This document shows, in pieces, positions 28,572-36,497 of a stretch of 49,639 nucleotides of DNA. The position numbers and the translations under genes were made by a program. Origin of the DNA: Eubacteriales bacterium (GTDB lineage Bacteria; Bacillota; Clostridia; Oscillospirales; CAG-272); contig JAZQWF010000035.1 in NCBI GenBank assembly GCA_045632185.1, forward strand, positions 1 through 49,639, written 5' to 3'. Within the stretch, counting starts at the first letter, position 1, and each line of letters starts with the position of its first letter. The notes under the pieces are model-generated. The model saw nothing but the letters and a program-made list of their open reading frames with translations. It was not told the DNA's origin and ran no database searches.

Positions 28572-29356
28572 AACGCACCGAGGTTTCTGTAAATATTGCC
28601 GATTTTCCCGCACCGTTTGCGGGTATTTTGCAAAACACACGCGTCTTTGACAGCTCCTGCTCGCCCCAGGCGCGCGTGTTTTACATTGAGCGGGACGGGG
28701 GCTATTTCCTCAAACGCTCACCCGCGGGTACTCTTGAAAAAGAGGCGCTGCAAACGCGCTATTTTCACGAAAAGGGACTTTCCGCGCCCGTGCTGGACTA
28801 CCGCGAGGAAAACGGCTTTGATTGGCTACTGACCGCGCGCGTGGCAGGCGAGGACTGCACGCACGGGGACTATCTTGCCGATCCTGCACGGCTTTGCGAC
28901 CTGATCGCCACACGCCTGCGCGCATTACACGAGCTGCCCCACGCAGATTGCCCCGTGCAGCATCACACGGCAAATTATATTGCAACGGTGGAGAAAAATC
29001 ACCAAAACGGCATATTCGATCCCGAGTTTCTGCCGCCCGCGATGCAGCATCTCAGCAAGGAAGCCGCGTTTGCATATTTCCGGGCAAACAAGCACCGCTT
29101 ACAGGCCGACACCCTGTTGCACGGAGATTACTGTTTGCCCAATATCCTGCTTAACGGGTGGGATTTCAGCGGATTTATCGACCTTGGCAACGGCGGTGTG
29201 GGAGATCGCCACGTTGACCTTTTCTGGGGCGCGTGGACGCTTGCCTTCAACCTTGGCACCGACCAATACCGCAGCCGCTTCTTCGATGCCTACGGACGGG
29301 ACAAGGTTGACCTTGATCTTGTGGATCTTGTGTCCGTTTGCGAGTGTTTTGGGTGA
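28568..29356 (+). CDS. Aminoglycoside phosphotransferase APH(3')-like kinase
   Basis: LLHGDYCLPNILL, GFIDLG.GGVGDRHVDL; ATGA overlap with the upstream gene. Confidence 0.85.
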   Translation: MKRTEVSVNIADFPAPFAGILQNTRVFDSSCSPQARVFYIERDGGYFLKRSPAGTLEKEALQTRYFHEKGLSAPVLDYREENGFDWLLTARVAGEDCTHGDYLADPARLCDLIATRLRALHELPHADCPVQHHTANYIATVEKNHQNGIFDPEFLPPAMQHLSKEAAFAYFRANKHRLQADTLLHGDYCLPNILLNGWDFSGFIDLGNGGVGDRHVDLFWGAWTLAFNLGTDQYRSRFFDAYGRDKVDLDLVDLVSVCECFG

Positions 29357-29393
29357 AGAAAAGCGTCCCTTCCAGGTGCTTTTCTTTTTGCGC

Positions 29394-29431
29394 TTGACTT
29401 TTTTCGCAAAATGCGGTATAATATACCGCAT
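29394..29431 (+). promoter_or_regulatory. sigmaA promoter with a perfect 21-bp palindrome over the -10 box
   Basis: TTGACT-N17-TATAAT; ATGCGGTATA-A-TATACCGCAT at 29411-29431. Confidence 0.7.
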
Positions 29432-29495
29432 AGAGGGGTGCTGTCCGCCGTCTTTGGCAGCAACGCCCCGCTCCCCCACCGAAAGGAGTGCCATC

Positions 29496-30290
29496 ATGAC
29501 GGAAAAAGAGATCGCCAAGCATCTGCAAAGCGCCGTTGCCGACGCAGATCTGCTGGATACCGAGATCCCCTCGATAGACCTGTATCTGGATCAGATTTTA
29601 AGCATCGTATCCGAAAAAACCGCGCTCTCTGCGCCCCGCTACCGCGAGCGAGCGCTGACCAAAACGATGATCAACAACTACTCAAAAAGCGGCCTGATCA
29701 GCCCCGTGAACGGCAAGAAATATACCCGCGCACAGATCGTGGAGATGCTGCTTGTTTACGCGCTGAAAAACACGCTTTCGATCGACGAGATCAAGCGCGT
29801 GCTGACGGGCGTGCGCGAGGATTGCAACTTCTCGGGCGAGGATATCATCTCCTCCTACCATCAGTTCCTTGACCTGAAAAACCGCAACCGTTCCCGCGCA
29901 GCGCTGGCCGTTGAGCAGCTGCTCACAGAGGATGACCTCAACCCCGCAGATGACAAGGATTTCTTCCTGCTTTTGCTGGATATCATTTCCCTTTCCGCCT
30001 ACCTCAAAGCCGCGGCACAGGAGCTGTTGGAGGCCCGCTTTGTCGATCCCGCCGAGCGCGAGCGCGAAAAGCGCGAGCTGGAAGAAAGCGAGAAGCGCGA
30101 GCGCAAGGAAAAGGACGGCGCTGAGAAAAAGGAGCGCAAGGAAAAGGAAGAAAACGAAAAACGCGAGCGCAAGGAGAAAAACGAAGCGCAAAAGCGCGAG
30201 CGCAAGACCCGCGACGCAGAGGTCAAGGCCACCATCAAGAAATTGAAGGAAGAGCTTTCCGCGCCGCCCGCAAGCGACAGCGAAAAATAA
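29496..30290 (+). CDS. DUF1836 domain protein (MerR-like HTH) with charged repeat tail
   Basis: IPSIDLYLDQI, LTKTMINNYSK.GLI.P..GKKY, LKNTLSIDEIK. Confidence 0.85.
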   Translation: MTEKEIAKHLQSAVADADLLDTEIPSIDLYLDQILSIVSEKTALSAPRYRERALTKTMINNYSKSGLISPVNGKKYTRAQIVEMLLVYALKNTLSIDEIKRVLTGVREDCNFSGEDIISSYHQFLDLKNRNRSRAALAVEQLLTEDDLNPADDKDFFLLLLDIISLSAYLKAAAQELLEARFVDPAEREREKRELEESEKRERKEKDGAEKKERKEKEENEKRERKEKNEAQKRERKTRDAEVKATIKKLKEELSAPPASDSEK

Positions 30291-30318
30291 AAAGGCACGA
30301 TACCGAAAGGAGCATCTT

Positions 30319-30894
30319 ATGACAAAAAAACAAATCCTTACCACCAAGCAAATGACGCTGGGCGCGCTTCTCACGGCAATGGTCGTGGTGTTGCAGCTGC
30401 TTGGCTCCTTTATCCATCTTGGGCCGTTTGCCATATCTCTGGTACTGGTCCCCATCGTAATCGGTGCCGCGACCTGCGGCCCGCTGGTCGCCGCGTGGCT
30501 TGGTCTTTCCTTCGGTGTGGCCGTTCTGCTCAGCGGTGACGCGGCGCTCTTCCTTTCCATTCACGCGCCGGGCACGATCCTGACCGTGCTTTTGAAGGGA
30601 ATTCTGTGTGCCCTTGCAGCCGCATTGGTCTACAAGATTTTGGAGCGTATCAATCTTTACGTTGCCGTGTTCAGCGCCGCCGTTGTCTGCCCGATCGTCA
30701 ATACGGGTATATTCCTTGTCGGCTGCCGCTTGTTCTTCTGGGAAACGATCGTGGCGTGGGGTAACGATGCTGGATTTGCCAATCCTGCCGTATACGCGCT
30801 GCTTGGTCTTGTCGGTGCCAACTTCCTTTTTGAGATGGCGTTCAACCTGCTGCTTTCCCCGATCATCGTCCGACTTTTGAAAATCAAGCTTTGA
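30319..30894 (+). CDS. ECF transporter S component (PanT-like)
   Basis: About 6 TM helices, LVPIVIGA..GP, PIVNTG, ANFLFE. Confidence 0.82.
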   Translation: MTKKQILTTKQMTLGALLTAMVVVLQLLGSFIHLGPFAISLVLVPIVIGAATCGPLVAAWLGLSFGVAVLLSGDAALFLSIHAPGTILTVLLKGILCALAAALVYKILERINLYVAVFSAAVVCPIVNTGIFLVGCRLFFWETIVAWGNDAGFANPAVYALLGLVGANFLFEMAFNLLLSPIIVRLLKIKL

Positions 30895-30896
30895 TT

Positions 30897-30936
30897 GCAA
30901 AAAAGCGCCGTTGCAAACGGCGCGTTTTCTTTTTGC
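30897..30936. terminator. Bidirectional intrinsic terminator
   Basis: GCGCCGTT-GCA-AACGGCGC stem flanked by A and T tracts between convergent genes. Confidence 0.75.
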
Positions 30937-30938
30937 TT

Positions 30939-31490
30939 TCAACTTTCCAGCTGGCGGCCAAGGAAGCCCGCCGCGGTCTGGATCAGCTTTGTCTCCACAT
31001 CCATCGTGGGCAGCTTTTTGTCGTTTTCCGTGCCGCCAAGCGACACCACGCAGCCAACCACGTCCCCCTCGGAGAGAATGGGCATGGCACAGCGCACGCC
31101 GAGCGAGCCGCCCTCCGCAATCGCGGGCACGTTTTCGTCCCCCTCGCGGTGCACAAAAAGAGTACGCCCCTCAATGATGCGCTCCATCTCCTCGGAAAGC
31201 GCCTTGTCGGCGTATTCCTTGCGGGACACGCCCGCCGTAGCGATCACCGCATCGCGGTCACAGATCACCACCGCAAGCGAGCAGGTCTTATACAGCGTTT
31301 CCGCGTACTCCCCCGCAAATGCGGCAAGCTCCCCGATCGGTGAGTACTTTTTGAAGATGACCTCGCCCTCTCGGTCGGTGTAAATTTCCAGCGGGTCGCC
31401 CTCGCGGATACGCATGGTTCTTCTTATTTCCTTAGGGATCACAACACGACCAAGGTCGTCGATCCTTCTCACAATTCCTGTGGCTTTCAT
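30939..31490 (-). CDS. spoVT: Stage V sporulation protein T
   Basis: MKATGIVRRIDDLGRVVIPKEIRRTMRIREGDPLEI plus C-terminal GAF domain ending AAGFLGRQLE. Confidence 0.96.
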   Translation of the reverse strand: MKATGIVRRIDDLGRVVIPKEIRRTMRIREGDPLEIYTDREGEVIFKKYSPIGELAAFAGEYAETLYKTCSLAVVICDRDAVIATAGVSRKEYADKALSEEMERIIEGRTLFVHREGDENVPAIAEGGSLGVRCAMPILSEGDVVGCVVSLGGTENDKKLPTMDVETKLIQTAAGFLGRQLES

Positions 31491-31527
31491 TATATAAAAA
31501 TCTCCTTATTTCGCAGATTTGCACAGT

Positions 31528-31556
31528 TAGTATCTGCAAAAGAGGTGAATTTATAC
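31528..31556 (-). promoter_or_regulatory. Putative sigG/sigF promoter of spoVT
   Basis: Minus strand GTATA-N17-GATACTA. Confidence 0.6.
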
Positions 31557-31745
31557 CGATATTTTGATTTTTATCCACGGCGTGATCATGGAGGTAATGG
31601 CGGCAAGTGCTTACCAATATTATAATGCTATTATAATGTCTTTCTTCCAAAACAGTCAGTTACTGTTGACAAATCCGTCTTTTTTTGTTATAATTTTATA
31701 CACAGTATGGTCATACATTTCACCCTTGCCGAAAGGAGGTCGCCT

Positions 31746-31849
31746 GTGGCCAAAAAAAGCTTTTATTCGAAAATTGCATACGCCATCGCCCTTGTGCTTT
31801 TGGCGCTCGGCACTGCGCTGACGGCCAAAAGCGATCTTGGCATTTCCAT
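31746..31849 (+). pseudogene. 5' remnant of a YczE/YitT-like (DUF6198-like) membrane protein
   Basis: Consensus promoter (31666-31694), AAAGGAGGT RBS, then VAKKSFYSKIAYAIALVLLALGTALTAKSDLGIS; coding character ends abruptly at AT-rich promoter DNA. Confidence 0.6.
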
Positions 31850-31874
31850 ACATTATAAAAAACATTACAGGCTA

Positions 31875-31903
31875 TTGACAACTTCTTCACAATGTGCTAT
31901 AAT
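31875..31903 (+). promoter_or_regulatory. Consensus sigmaA promoter with overlapping Rex-like operator
   Basis: TTGACA-N17-TATAAT with TG; TTGACAA-CTTC-TTCACAA (31875-31892) matches 12 of 14 positions of TTGTGAA-N4-TTCACAA. Confidence 0.7.
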
Positions 31904-32034
31904 GTTGACGAATGTGCGTGAAACTCGTGTGGGCGACTTGTGATTCGAACGCATTTTCCCTTTCGGATCGCAAATCACCCACACGGGAAGCACGTGCATA
32001 TCACAAAAAAAGAAAAAGAAAGAGGAAAAGAATC

Positions 32035-33069
32035 ATGAAAAAAATTCTCACTCTCGTCCTTTGCCTTTGCATGATGCTCACCATGGTTACCGTGTTCGCA
32101 TCTTGTGGCAAGGCTGACTACAAGCTCGGCATGGGCGTCGTTGTCAGCATGGACAGCTCCAAGACCGGCACCGCACAGGTCGACGCTACCGTTGCAACCG
32201 TTGTGACCGACGCTGATGGCAAGATCGTTGCTTGCCGCATCGACGTTGCTCAGAACAAGATGAACGTTACCGACGGCGCAATTGAGGCAACCAAGACCTT
32301 CGAGACCAAGATGGAGCTTGGCACCCGTTACGGCATGGCCGGCAAGGTTGATAACGACGACAACGGCGTTATGCTTGAATGGGACGCTCAGGCTAAGGCA
32401 TTCGAGGAGTACGTTGTTGGCAAGACCGCTGCTGACATCAAGGCTATGACCACCCAGGAGAAGAAGGGCCACCAGATCACCACTGATCAGGCTCTGCTTG
32501 ACGCTGGTTGCTCCATGCAGATCACTGACTTCATCGCTGCAGTCGTTAAGGCTTGCGAGGATGAGCAGGGCATGGCATTCACCGCAAAGAAGGGCTTCAC
32601 CCTTGGCGTAGCTGCTAAGACCGTTGTTGATTCCGCTACCACTGCTGCTACCGCTACCGCTGACGGTGTTGTTGCTATGTACACCGACTTCGCTGCTGCA
32701 GTTGTTGCTGACGGCAAGATCGTTGCTGCTCTGAACGACGCTATCCAGCCCAAGATCGGCATGAATGTTGCCGGCGAGATCACCACCAAGACCTTCAAGG
32801 ACACCAAGCGCGCTCTTAAGGGCGACTACGGCATGGCCGGCAAGGTTGACAACAACGACGACGGCGTTATGAAGGAGTGGTTCGAGCAGTCCGCTGCTTT
32901 CTCCGCTCACGTAGTTGGCATGACCGCTGAAGAGGTTGCTGCTATGACCACCCAGGCTGCTAAGGGCCACGACATCTCCACCGATGCCGAGCTCCTCGCT
33001 GCCGGCTGCTCCATGCAGATCACCGGCATCAAGGCCGTTGTTGCACAGGCTGCTACCAACGCTCGCTAA
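32035..33069 (+). CDS. Lipoprotein with two tandem FMN-binding-like domains
   Basis: FASC lipobox; internal duplication (YGMAGKVD..DD.GVM.EW..Q..AF...VVG.T...LL.AGCSMQIT twice); next to apbE; codon bias typical of highly expressed genes. Confidence 0.8.
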   Translation: MKKILTLVLCLCMMLTMVTVFASCGKADYKLGMGVVVSMDSSKTGTAQVDATVATVVTDADGKIVACRIDVAQNKMNVTDGAIEATKTFETKMELGTRYGMAGKVDNDDNGVMLEWDAQAKAFEEYVVGKTAADIKAMTTQEKKGHQITTDQALLDAGCSMQITDFIAAVVKACEDEQGMAFTAKKGFTLGVAAKTVVDSATTAATATADGVVAMYTDFAAAVVADGKIVAALNDAIQPKIGMNVAGEITTKTFKDTKRALKGDYGMAGKVDNNDDGVMKEWFEQSAAFSAHVVGMTAEEVAAMTTQAAKGHDISTDAELLAAGCSMQITGIKAVVAQAATNAR

Positions 33070-33096
33070 TTTCATACCAAGCAAGGGAGTAGAAAT

Positions 33097-34152
33097 TTGA
33101 AAATCTTCAAATCTCTCGTCTGCCTTTGCGCAGTTTTGGGGCTGCTCGTCGTTTTGGCGGGCTGCCCTAATTCTGCTCATAAGGAGGAACCGAAAGGGAT
33201 GGTATATTACACCTTTTTTGATACGGTGTCCTATATTTACAGCTATGCCAATGACTCGCAGGAGGTTTTTGAGGCAAACTGTGAAAGGGCGTCCGACATT
33301 TTGGAGGAGTACCATCGCCTTTTTGATATCTACTATGCATACTCCGGCATCAACAATCTGAAAACCATCAACGAGAACGCCGGAAAGGAGCCGATCAAGG
33401 TCGATCAAAAGCTGATCGATTTCCTTCTTTACGCCAAGGAGCTTTATACGCTGACAGGTGGCGAAATGAACGTGATGATGGGCTCGGTGCTCTCTCTTTG
33501 GCACGATTGTCGCGAAGCGGCAAGCACGGATCCCGCCAATGCGGCAATTCCCGAAAAAGATGCGTTGGACGAGGCGGCCTTGCATACAGATATTTCCCTT
33601 TTGGAAATTGATACGGTGAACGGCACCGTCCGCATCACCGATCCCGCTGCCCGCATCGACGTGGGGGCCCTGGGAAAGGGCTATGCCACCGAAAAGGCGG
33701 CAGAATATCTGCGCTCCCAAAATGCTGACGGCTACGTCCTCAACATCGGCGGCAACATTCGCATCATCGGCCACAAGCCGGACGGCTCCGGTTGGGGCAC
33801 CGGCATCAAAAATCCTGCCGACACCTCTCAATATGCGCTCAAACTGACCATTGCCGACACGTCCTGCGTGACCTCCGGCGATTACGAGCGATACTTCACT
33901 GTAAACGGCACAAAATATCATCACGTTATCGACAAAGACACTCTTATGCCTGCGAGCTATTTCAGCTCGGTCACGATCATTACCCCCAACAGCGCGCTTG
34001 CCGATGCGCTTTCTACGGCTCTGTTCACTATGAGCTATGAAGACGGTCTTGCACTGATCAACCGAATCGGCAACGTGGAGGTTCTTTGGATCTCTACGAA
34101 CGGAGAGATGAAAATGAGCGAGGGACTTAGCTCCCTTGTAATGGAAGAATAA
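33097..34152 (+). CDS. apbE: FAD:protein FMN transferase ApbE (lipoprotein)
   Basis: LAGC lipobox, FDT, IDVGALGKGYA, NIGGN, TSGDYERY, YHHVID, ADALSTALF. Confidence 0.95.
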   Translation: MKIFKSLVCLCAVLGLLVVLAGCPNSAHKEEPKGMVYYTFFDTVSYIYSYANDSQEVFEANCERASDILEEYHRLFDIYYAYSGINNLKTINENAGKEPIKVDQKLIDFLLYAKELYTLTGGEMNVMMGSVLSLWHDCREAASTDPANAAIPEKDALDEAALHTDISLLEIDTVNGTVRITDPAARIDVGALGKGYATEKAAEYLRSQNADGYVLNIGGNIRIIGHKPDGSGWGTGIKNPADTSQYALKLTIADTSCVTSGDYERYFTVNGTKYHHVIDKDTLMPASYFSSVTIITPNSALADALSTALFTMSYEDGLALINRIGNVEVLWISTNGEMKMSEGLSSLVMEE

Positions 34153-34179
34153 AAAATATTTAAATTAGGAGTAGTGCTA

Positions 34180-35556
34180 ATGTTATTCAAGAAAAAGAAC
34201 ATTTCGTCCCTGCACATTCCTCACAACAAAAACACGGCGGGCCTTGTTCCCACAAGGATCGACACCCCCAAGGAAGTCGTTCTGCCCATGAACATCACGT
34301 CCCATGGTATGAACGCCTCCAAGCCCGCGGTTTGCGTTGGAGATCACGTGCGCGTCGGACAAGTTGTTGCATCCGAGGAAGGCAGATTTTCCACCTTCAT
34401 TCACGCTCCCATTTCCGGAACGGTAACCTCGATTGCTCCCATCAAGTTCAGATCTGAGCAAGAGGTCGTTGCCATTACGATCGAGAGCGACGGCAAGATG
34501 GAGCTTTCCCCCGACATCAAGAAGCCCGAATTCAGCAACTGCACCGAATTCCTGCAAGCAGTGAACAACGGCGGCATCGTGGGCCTTGGCGGTGCGGCAT
34601 TCCCCATCTGGGCAAAGCTGCGCGAGGCAACCAACCCCGATTACAACGTTGACACCGTGCTGATCAACGCGGCAGAGTGTGAGCCCTACATCACCAGCGA
34701 CCATCGCATGATGCTGGACCACCCCGATCTGATCGCTGACGGTATCGAGTACCTGCGCACCTACATGAGCGAGTATCTCGGCAACGCAACCTTCAAGATC
34801 TGCATCGAGAAGAACAAGCCCGATGCGATCGAGGTATTGAAGCAGACCTTTGCAGGCAAGGATTACGTGGTGATCCACGAGTTGGATGCCATCTATCCCC
34901 AGGGCGCAAAGCAGGTCATGCTTTACAACGCAACCGGCCGTGTTGCCATTGCGGGTAAGCGTTTCCCCTCCTTCGGTGCCATCATCATCAACGTTTCCTC
35001 TATTGCCAAAATGGCAGAATACCTCAACACGGGTATCCCGCTTATCGAGCGTATCGTAACCGTGGACGGTCCTGCCGTTGCAGAGCCCAAAATGCTGATC
35101 GCTCCCATCGGCACGCGCGTCAGCGAGATCCTCAAATACGTTCCCTTGAAGGAAGGTGTTGAGCTGGGTAAGGTCATCATCGGCGGTCCTATGAACGGTA
35201 CCTCCGTTTATTCTGTCGACGCTCCCCTTTCCAAGGTTGCCAACGCAGTGCTTCTGTTCTCCGAGGAGGACGCCGTTCTGCCCCAGGCGTCTGCGTGCAT
35301 CAACTGCGGTCGTTGCATTGAAAAGTGCCCCGTAAGCATTTCCGTGGCACAGGTTGCCCGCGCACTGCGCACCAGAAACGAGGATCTGAGAGCACAGCGC
35401 CTGATCGACACCGGCGTTCGTCAGTGTGTAGACTGTGCATGCTGCTCTTACGTATGCCCTGCCAACCGTCCTTTGCTGCAAATCAACAATCAGGCAAATT
35501 CCTTCCTGAAAAAGTACGCAGCTGCACAGAAAGAAAAAGAAGGAGGTAACAAGTAA
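34180..35556 (+). CDS. rnfC: RnfC-like NAD(P)H/FMN and 2x[4Fe-4S] subunit
   Basis: IHAPISG, GIVGLGGAAFP, INAAECEPYITSD, YPQG, GGPM.G, CINCGRCIEKCP, CVDCACCSYVCP. Confidence 0.92.
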   Translation: MLFKKKNISSLHIPHNKNTAGLVPTRIDTPKEVVLPMNITSHGMNASKPAVCVGDHVRVGQVVASEEGRFSTFIHAPISGTVTSIAPIKFRSEQEVVAITIESDGKMELSPDIKKPEFSNCTEFLQAVNNGGIVGLGGAAFPIWAKLREATNPDYNVDTVLINAAECEPYITSDHRMMLDHPDLIADGIEYLRTYMSEYLGNATFKICIEKNKPDAIEVLKQTFAGKDYVVIHELDAIYPQGAKQVMLYNATGRVAIAGKRFPSFGAIIINVSSIAKMAEYLNTGIPLIERIVTVDGPAVAEPKMLIAPIGTRVSEILKYVPLKEGVELGKVIIGGPMNGTSVYSVDAPLSKVANAVLLFSEEDAVLPQASACINCGRCIEKCPVSISVAQVARALRTRNEDLRAQRLIDTGVRQCVDCACCSYVCPANRPLLQINNQANSFLKKYAAAQKEKEGGNK

Positions 35557-36497
35557 TGTCCCTTCACATCTCCGCTACCCCCCATATTCATCAGAAGGGC
35601 TCCTCCACGCGCAACATCATGCTTGACGTGGTGATCGCTATGCTCCCCGCCACGGTTGCGGGCATCGTGATCTTCGGTCTGAAAGCCCTTTTCACGGTTC
35701 TTGCCTGCGTGGCAAGCGCTGTTGCCGCTGAGTACGTATTCAACCTCTGCACGCGCAGAAAGCAGACCATTGGCGACCTTTCCGCCGTGGTTACCGGTCT
35801 TCTGCTGGCGCTGAACCTCAGCACCGCAGTACCGCTTTGGCAGTGTGCCATCGGCTCGATCTTCGCAATCATTGTTGTCAAGTGCCTGTTCGGCGGTCTT
35901 GGCAAGAACATTGTGAACCCCGCAATCACCGCACGCGTATTTATGCTGCTGACCTTCTCCGCTGTGGCGGCCGTTGCAACGCCCACCATCGTGGAGGTTA
36001 CCGCAGGCGCAACCCCTCTCGCAGCTCTTAATCAGGGCGCAGAGATCGCCGCAAAGCAAGCTCCCTCCATTCTGGATCTGTTCCTTGGTCTGCACGGCGG
36101 CGCCATCGGCGAGACCTGCGCACTCGCGCTGATCATCGGCGGCATCTACCTTGTAGTTCGCAAGGTCATCAAGTGGTACGTTCCCGTATCCTTCATCGCA
36201 ACCACCTTCCTTTGCTACTTCTTCTTCGGCGGCTTTGACGCCACCTTCGCACTGCAACACGTGCTGGCTGGCGGTCTTTTGCTTGGTGCCATCTTCATGG
36301 CAACCGACTACGTCACCACCCCCTTCACCAACAAGGGCCGCGTGGTATTCGGTATTGGCGCCGGTCTTCTGACCTTCGTGATCAGAAAGTTTGGTGTATA
36401 CCCCGAGGGCGTTTCCATTGCGATCCTGACCATGAACCTTGTCACCCCCTTCATCAATGATTTCACCAAGAAAAAGACGCTGGGAGGTATTAAGTAA
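35556..36497 (+). CDS. rnfD: RnfD subunit
   Basis: DLSAVVTGLLLA, FGGLGKNIVNPA, TAGATPL flavinylation motif, GAIGET, FMATDYVT, YPEG. Confidence 0.95.
   Translation: MSLHISATPHIHQKGSSTRNIMLDVVIAMLPATVAGIVIFGLKALFTVLACVASAVAAEYVFNLCTRRKQTIGDLSAVVTGLLLALNLSTAVPLWQCAIGSIFAIIVVKCLFGGLGKNIVNPAITARVFMLLTFSAVAAVATPTIVEVTAGATPLAALNQGAEIAAKQAPSILDLFLGLHGGAIGETCALALIIGGIYLVVRKVIKWYVPVSFIATTFLCYFFFGGFDATFALQHVLAGGLLLGAIFMATDYVTTPFTNKGRVVFGIGAGLLTFVIRKFGVYPEGVSIAILTMNLVTPFINDFTKKKTLGGIK

Noticed and set aside
29432-29490. TPP riboswitch ahead of the DUF1836/ECF genes (starts AGGGGTGC)
   Set aside because: No CUGAGA or GAACCUGAU...AUAC..GCG core.
31905-32034. FMN riboswitch upstream of the flavoprotein operon
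   Set aside because: Lacks the RFN consensus blocks (AGGGC.GGGUGAAAUUCCC.ACCG, AGUC.GGAUG); only a single long hairpin is visible.
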